From the NCBI GenBank assembly GCA_963845065.1, contig CAWJQQ010000008.1, forward strand, positions 256,001 to 320,000: a stretch of DNA of 64,000 nt, written 5' to 3'. A program made the translations under genes and the position numbers. The DNA is from Nitrospirota bacterium (lineage in GTDB: Bacteria; Nitrospirota; UBA9217). Below, piece after piece: positions 58,644-64,000 of this stretch. Within the stretch, counting starts at the first letter, position 1; each line of letters opens with the position of its first letter. The notes beneath the pieces are model-generated. The model was not told where the DNA came from. It saw nothing but the letters and a program-made list of their open reading frames with translations, and made no database searches.

Positions 58644-59465
58644 TCATTGGCTGTTGAGTCTCTGTCTCATTGCCTCATAGAGAATGACTGCGGCGGCTGT
58701 CGCTACATTGAGTGAATCTATCGTTTCCACCATGGGGATCCTGACGCGGAGATCAATGGCAGCCATGATGCTTTGCGGGAGGCCCGCACCCTCCTGGCCT
58801 ACTATCACAACAGTAGGCTTGGTCATATCAACTGCAAAATGCGATTTGTCTCCGTTCAGGGCCGTTGCAATTGTCTGAAAGCCCGTCTGCTTGCATGTTT
58901 GAATGAATGATGCAACACCTCCGACTAGCACAACAGGCAGGCGCAGGATGCTGTTCATGGAAGCTCGGACCGCCTTTGCGTTGAATGGGTCAACTGTGTT
59001 CTGAGTGATTGCAATGCCTGATGAGCCAACTGCTTCTGCGGTTCTGATAATGGTGCCGAGATTTCCTGGATCCTGAAGCTGGTGGGCGACGACTATCAAG
59101 CGGGCCTTGTGATTCAGAAGTGATTCTTCCGTATACTGTTTCATCTGGACAACCGCCATTATTGGCTGCGGCGTCTTGCTTTCGGCGATTATATCCATCA
59201 CCCGCTCAGATACCCAAATAATATCGATGCCTTTGCTTTCAGAGAGCTTGAGTACGCCTTTACCATGGTGTTGTGTGAGCGATGGTGCGGCGATTACAGT
59301 CTTGACCCCAAGGTTGTCGCGAAGCGCCTCTTCGACCATCTTGACGCCTTCAATGAGAAAGGTTTGTTCCTTTTCCCGGCGTCTAGGGTCAGCGAGAGAA
59401 CGAAGAAACTTTACAATGCTGTTGTCTTTGCTCGAGATGGGGCTGTAAGAGCTGGTTTGCCGCAT
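58644..59465 (-). CDS. SpoU/TrmH-family RNA methyltransferase
   Basis: IEG...VEEAL, QDPGNLGTIIRTA, GQEG.GL, IPM...DSLNVA. Confidence 0.92.
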   Translation of the reverse strand: MRQTSSYSPISSKDNSIVKFLRSLADPRRREKEQTFLIEGVKMVEEALRDNLGVKTVIAAPSLTQHHGKGVLKLSESKGIDIIWVSERVMDIIAESKTPQPIMAVVQMKQYTEESLLNHKARLIVVAHQLQDPGNLGTIIRTAEAVGSSGIAITQNTVDPFNAKAVRASMNSILRLPVVLVGGVASFIQTCKQTGFQTIATALNGDKSHFAVDMTKPTVVIVGQEGAGLPQSIMAAIDLRVRIPMVETIDSLNVATAAAVILYEAMRQRLNSQ

Positions 59466-59590
59466 GAGCGGAAGTATAGCATAATGAAGAAAGAACAAAT
59501 AGAAAATTCCGGAAGGATGGAGATTTGTCTATCCACTCGGCTGTACGCATTTACAATCGACCACGGCAGAAGGATTTCACTACATTCACA

Positions 59591-59908
59591 TCACCTCTGT
59601 ATTCCCCTCTTCTCCGAAAGAAGATTTTTTTCCCCGACATTTTTCATGATGCGGAGCTGTTCCTGATACTGCCGCTCCAAGTTCTGCCATTGCATAAGTG
59701 ATTCATAACTGCTTTCCCAGGCAGAGTAATCGTCCTTGTTGTCCGGGACTCCGTTCAGACTGCCGGCGCGGTATTCATCGATGAAGGTATCCGTCGGCTT
59801 ATGATGTTTTTGTTCCAAAAGGGCGAGCGTTTTGTTAATGCGCTTAATCGTATTACCGCAGATCTTCAGTTCTCGGAGCAGGGATATTTCGAAATCATCG
59901 GAATGCAT
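59591..59908 (-). CDS. Hypothetical helical protein
   Basis: 105-aa ORF, divergent from the sensor operon. Confidence 0.6.
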   Translation of the reverse strand: MHSDDFEISLLRELKICGNTIKRINKTLALLEQKHHKPTDTFIDEYRAGSLNGVPDNKDDYSAWESSYESLMQWQNLERQYQEQLRIMKNVGEKNLLSEKRGIQR

Positions 59909-60144
59909 ATTGGTTCTTTCACTTTTGTATTTTTAATACATTAATATAAAGGTTTATGAAAAACAAGTAAAATGTGCATTTTTAGGATGATGTAAGCATA
60001 AATGTACGTGTTTTGTGGATTTTTGTTACAAATTGTGTTATGATATGTTACTTAAAGTCTTGATTAATTGATGCCTGTAAGCAAGTGGGTAGTTGATAGG
60101 ATTACAATGTGCAAAAAGGTTACACGGCCAAGGGTGATGATATC

Positions 60145-60321
60145 ATGAAACGGGACATCTGGGGCTTTTTGTTCTGTCTCGGTCTTGTACTCTTCTGCGG
60201 GCCTATCCTGATTATCTTCCACAACAGTCTTGCCTATTACCTGTTTATCATCTGGATCGTTTTTATCGGGCTCATATTCCTGGCCTCGACCTTTTCGGAA
60301 CGGGACGACGGAGGAAATTAA
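60145..60321 (+). CDS. 58-aa two-TM peptide, CbrX-like by position
   Basis: Hydrophobic; its TAA directly abuts the GTG of the kinase gene, and the kinase RBS (GGAGG) lies inside it. Confidence 0.7.
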   Translation: MKRDIWGFLFCLGLVLFCGPILIIFHNSLAYYLFIIWIVFIGLIFLASTFSERDDGGN

Positions 60322-63258
60322 GTGTTTTCACCGTGGTTGCTGCTCTCGATTATTCTCGGTTACCTTCTGCTTCTCTTTTCCGTAGCGTATTTCGCGGAGC
60401 GGAAGGAGTTGCAGGGGAAAAGCCTCGTATCAAACCCGTATATCTATTCTCTTTCTCTGGCCGTATACTGCACGTCCTGGACCTTTTATGGCAGCGTGGG
60501 CAAAGCAGCCAATTCCGGCCTGAGCTTTCTCGCGATTTATATCGGGCCCACGCTTATGGCGGCGCTGTGGTGGATCGTGCTCCGGAAAATCGTCTACCTT
60601 GCCCGGGAGAACCGAATTACAACGATTTCCGACTTCATCTCTTCCCGGTATGGGAAATCCATCGGCCTCTCGGTTCTCGTTACGATCGTTGCCGTCGTCG
60701 GCATTACCCCTTATCTCGGACTCCAATTGAAGGCCGTGATGACGTCCTTTTCCCTGCTTTCAGGCGAGCCCGAAAGCCATTTCACCGGCGCGTTCATCTC
60801 ATTCCTCCTTGGTGTGTTTGCGGTGATTTTCGGAGCTAGGAGGCTCGATGCTTCAGAACGTCATGGCGGACTGATCTTTGCTGTGGCCTTCGAGTCCGCT
60901 ATTAAACTCGTGGCGTTCCTCCTTGTGGGGTTTTTCGTGACCTACGGGCTCTTTCACGGGATCGGAGACATTCTCGGAAAAATTCAGCATGGACCCTATG
61001 CGTCGCTCATGAAACTTGGGGAAGGGTCGCCGGTCAGCTTCTCTGAATGGATTTCGCTGACGTTCCTATCCATGATGGCCATTATGTTCCTCCCCCGCCA
61101 GTTTCATGTTGCCGTCGTGGAAAACCATTCCGTCGACCACATTAAGAAGGCCATGTGGCTATTCCCTCTCTATCTCTTCCTAATAAACATCTTCGTACTG
61201 CCCATCGCATATGGCGGGCTGCTTCTCGGCGGTATCCCGTCCGCAGCGGACTATTTCATTCTCAGTATTCCCATGCACTATGGCCACTCACTTCTGGCAC
61301 TCGTCGTGTTCATCGGCGGCTTTTCCGCGGCTACAGCCATGATTATCGTCGAATCTATCGCACTTAGTACAATGGTGATGAACAGTTTTGTTATACCCAC
61401 ACTCTGGGACCTCTCCGCAATCAAGAACTTTCACTCCGTCGTCTTGAACATCAAGAGGCTAGTGATCCTTGGCTGCGTGTTTCTCGGCTACGCCTTTGCC
61501 ATATACATCGGTGAGTTCTATAGCCTCGTGGACATCGGCCTCAAATCATTCGAAGCGGTTACCATCTTCGCGCCTTCCATCCTGCTGGGCCTCTATTGGA
61601 AAGGCGGAAACAAAAAGGGGGCCATCGCCGGCATTCTGGCCGGGTTCGGCGTCTGGACCTACACACTTCTCATTCCGGCGTTCATGCGTGCAGGGATCAT
61701 CCAAAAAGGCGATTTCATGGAGGCGCTCTTCCACTCAAAGATTCTGAACCCCACGGCTCTCTTTGGACTTGGGGGTTTGGACCGCTGGAGCCATTCCCTG
61801 TTTTGGGGAATGTTTTTGAATATCTGTTTCTACGTCGGGGTTTCGCTTCTGACCCGTCAGTCCGATGAGGAGACGCATCAGGCCATCGTGTTTGTGGATT
61901 CCTTTTCACCACTCCATATCGGGCCTGTGTACCGGCCTTCGGGGATCGCTGAGGTCGAAGATATCCTGGGGCAGTACATCGGCCCCGATGAGGCGCGCGA
62001 AGTTATTGATGGATTTCTCAGAAAAAACGGCCTGACCCGGCCTTCACTGTCAGGCGAATGGCTCATAAAGCTTCGACAAGAAGCTGAGCGGGTCCTTTCC
62101 GGAGCGATGGGCCCATCAATCAGCACGCTGGTATTCCAGGATCGTATGGTCCTGACGCACGACGAGGCGCTGCGCGTCTCGGATTCGATCCAGCATATAT
62201 CGCGCAGCCTCCGACTGTCGCGCCAGGAACTGGCCGATACGAACCGGCAGCTTGCCATGCTCAAGGAGTTCAGCGAGAACATCATCGAAAGCCTTCCGCT
62301 CGGCGTGGCCACGCTGGATGAAGCGCTGCTCGTCAAGTACTGGAATAACGGCATGGAAATGATTACTGGCGTGGAGAAGTCCGATTCCCTCGAACGCGAT
62401 GCATCACAGCTACTCACATGCCTCGAACCCAAGCTCTTCACACCGGAGGTCCGGGAGGGAGAGATCACTTGCAAGAGAAATTTCGATCCCCAAATCATCC
62501 TCAAGGGCTATATTAGCCGACTCACCGGCGCCCAGAAAGGGTATGTACTTGTACTCGAAGATATAACAGAAAGGAAAAAAATCGAGGAGGAATTGTTTCG
62601 CGCTACGAAGCACGCCAGCGTCGGGAGACTTGCAGCGGGTGTGGCGCACGAGATAGGAAATCCGCTTGCATCCATCTCGTCGCTTGTGCAGGAGCTTCAG
62701 ACCGAGGATGTTTCATCGTTTACCAAGGATTCACTCACCACGATCAATCAGCATGTGCACCGTATCGCTCGCATCGTCAGGAGCCTGGGTGACTTCGCGC
62801 GACTTTATCCCAGGCAGAAGGTCGCGACAAGCCTGGGTGACATTCTGGAAAACACGCTTAACCTCGTCCGGTATGACAAAAACTTCCGGAAGATCGAGAT
62901 CCGCACTGATGTACACTCCACGCCGCCCCTCAAGATCGACCCGGATCAGATTCAGCAGGTTTTTCTGAATCTGATTCTAAACGCGCGGGACGCCATGCCG
63001 AACGGCGGCAGCCTCGACATCGCCGTAAAGCATATTGATGGCAGTGTCATGATGCTGTTCGCCGATACCGGATGCGGTATTGACCCCGAAGTCAGAGACA
63101 AGGTTTTCGATCCCTTCTTTAGCACCAAGGGGCCGGCAAAAGGCACCGGATTGGGACTAAGTATATGCTATAGCATCATCAAGGACCATGGCGGTACGAT
63201 CGAGATCGATTCCGGAAAAGATAACGGAACTCGGTTTACGATTAAAATTCCCGTTTAA
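60322..63258 (+). CDS. SLC5/SSS transporter domain fused to PAS and histidine kinase (CbrA/CrbS-like)
   Basis: YSLSLAVYCTSWTFYGSVG, LPRQFHV, PAS region, AHEIGNPL H-box, NARDAM, DPFFSTK, GTGLGL. Confidence 0.92.
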   Translation: MFSPWLLLSIILGYLLLLFSVAYFAERKELQGKSLVSNPYIYSLSLAVYCTSWTFYGSVGKAANSGLSFLAIYIGPTLMAALWWIVLRKIVYLARENRITTISDFISSRYGKSIGLSVLVTIVAVVGITPYLGLQLKAVMTSFSLLSGEPESHFTGAFISFLLGVFAVIFGARRLDASERHGGLIFAVAFESAIKLVAFLLVGFFVTYGLFHGIGDILGKIQHGPYASLMKLGEGSPVSFSEWISLTFLSMMAIMFLPRQFHVAVVENHSVDHIKKAMWLFPLYLFLINIFVLPIAYGGLLLGGIPSAADYFILSIPMHYGHSLLALVVFIGGFSAATAMIIVESIALSTMVMNSFVIPTLWDLSAIKNFHSVVLNIKRLVILGCVFLGYAFAIYIGEFYSLVDIGLKSFEAVTIFAPSILLGLYWKGGNKKGAIAGILAGFGVWTYTLLIPAFMRAGIIQKGDFMEALFHSKILNPTALFGLGGLDRWSHSLFWGMFLNICFYVGVSLLTRQSDEETHQAIVFVDSFSPLHIGPVYRPSGIAEVEDILGQYIGPDEAREVIDGFLRKNGLTRPSLSGEWLIKLRQEAERVLSGAMGPSISTLVFQDRMVLTHDEALRVSDSIQHISRSLRLSRQELADTNRQLAMLKEFSENIIESLPLGVATLDEALLVKYWNNGMEMITGVEKSDSLERDASQLLTCLEPKLFTPEVREGEITCKRNFDPQIILKGYISRLTGAQKGYVLVLEDITERKKIEEELFRATKHASVGRLAAGVAHEIGNPLASISSLVQELQTEDVSSFTKDSLTTINQHVHRIARIVRSLGDFARLYPRQKVATSLGDILENTLNLVRYDKNFRKIEIRTDVHSTPPLKIDPDQIQQVFLNLILNARDAMPNGGSLDIAVKHIDGSVMMLFADTGCGIDPEVRDKVFDPFFSTKGPAKGTGLGLSICYSIIKDHGGTIEIDSGKDNGTRFTIKIPV

Positions 63259-63475
63259 GCAAAACACAATTGATATTCATGCAGTACGATATTTTCGAGA
63301 AGTTCATGAAAGAAATAACGTAACCAAGCGGGGCAGACTGAGAAAAAGACACGCTTTTGAGACCATGGTTCCAGGCTTCCTCCCTGCAAGCGGGATGCGC
63401 GGGACCAGAAGTTAATGTTTTTTTTAATCTCGGGAATTTGCATAGTTAGCGGATAACAACAAAACAGAGGGTTTA

Positions 63476-64000
63476 ATGTCGAAGAGCATACTGATTGTAG
63501 AAGATGAAGAGACCTTGCGGGAGTCCATCAGGCGGATCTTCACAAAAGAAGGGTACGCCGTTGATGGCGCGGAGTCTGCCGAAAAGGCCCTCTTGCTGTT
63601 AGAGACGAGTGTGTATGACGTGATCATCTCGGACATCATCCTTCCTGGCATGGACGGCATCGAAATGCTCACGCGGATACGCGAGCAGATCCCGGACCAG
63701 ATCCTTATCGTGGTGACCGCCTACGCGTCACTCGACACATCGGTAAAGGCGCTTCGTGCCGGGGCCTATGATTACATCATGAAGCCCATCATCCACGAGG
63801 AGATCAAGCAGATCGTCCGGAACGCGTTGCGCCAAAAGAGCCTACAGGCCGAGAACGTGCTGCTCAAGCGAGAGATCGGGAAGGATTATGACTTCAGTAG
63901 CATCATCGGCGAGACGCCTTCACTGAAGGCGATCCTCGACGAAGTGAAAAAGATCACGGACACGAAAAGCACTGTGTTGCTCCTCGGCGAAACCGGCACG
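63476..64000 (+). CDS. sigma54-dependent NtrC-family response regulator, 3' truncated by window end
   Basis: Manual translation MSKSILIVEDE..DIILPGMDG..GAYDYIMKP..IIGE..VLLLGETGT; not in the ORF track. Confidence 0.92.
   Translation, partial: MSKSILIVEDEETLRESIRRIFTKEGYAVDGAESAEKALLLLETSVYDVIISDIILPGMDGIEMLTRIREQIPDQILIVVTAYASLDTSVKALRAGAYDYIMKPIIHEEIKQIVRNALRQKSLQAENVLLKREIGKDYDFSSIIGETPSLKAILDEVKKITDTKSTVLLLGETGT

Noticed and set aside
1..64000. CRISPR array associated with the TnpB/Cas12-like ORF
   Set aside because: No regularly spaced direct repeats were seen; the ORF is flanked by IS200/IS605 end hairpins instead

Overview
Bacterial chromosomal window of about 50% GC, most consistent with a sulfite/sulfate-reducing Nitrospirota-like or deltaproteobacterial-like anaerobe (inferred from gene content). 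Housekeeping content: an aromatic amino-acid operon (pheA-hisC-aroF-tyrA-aroA-cmk-ispH-rpsA-sppA-ihf), plus rlpA-pepA, uvrB, uvrC, mglA, ispD/F, cysE, nfeD/slipin and rsmD-coaD. Energy and sulfur content: a Qrc/Alternative Complex III-like operon, and a large dissimilatory sulfite reductase cluster (dsrA-B-D-N-orf-C, ferredoxin, dsrH/E/F-like, dsrT-MKJOP, second ferredoxin). The window ends in a CbrX/CbrA/CbrB-like transporter-kinase two-component system. The most striking unannotated structure is a set of IS200/IS605-family elements that can be delimited to the base using IS608 guide/cleavage-site rules: one intact tnpB-only element (TTAC|...TCAG|), two 43-49 bp single-hairpin derivatives with the same ends (one regenerates the stop codon of the gene it landed in), an orphan right end/candidate omegaRNA in front of uvrB, a 117-bp element of different specificity (TTAT|...TCAT|) inside the dsr cluster, and a tnpB remnant. 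There is also a 249-bp IS1202-like MITE with a 17-bp target duplication and several pseudogenes. No CRISPR array, rRNA or tRNA was seen. All family assignments come from motif recognition by eye; no database searches were run.
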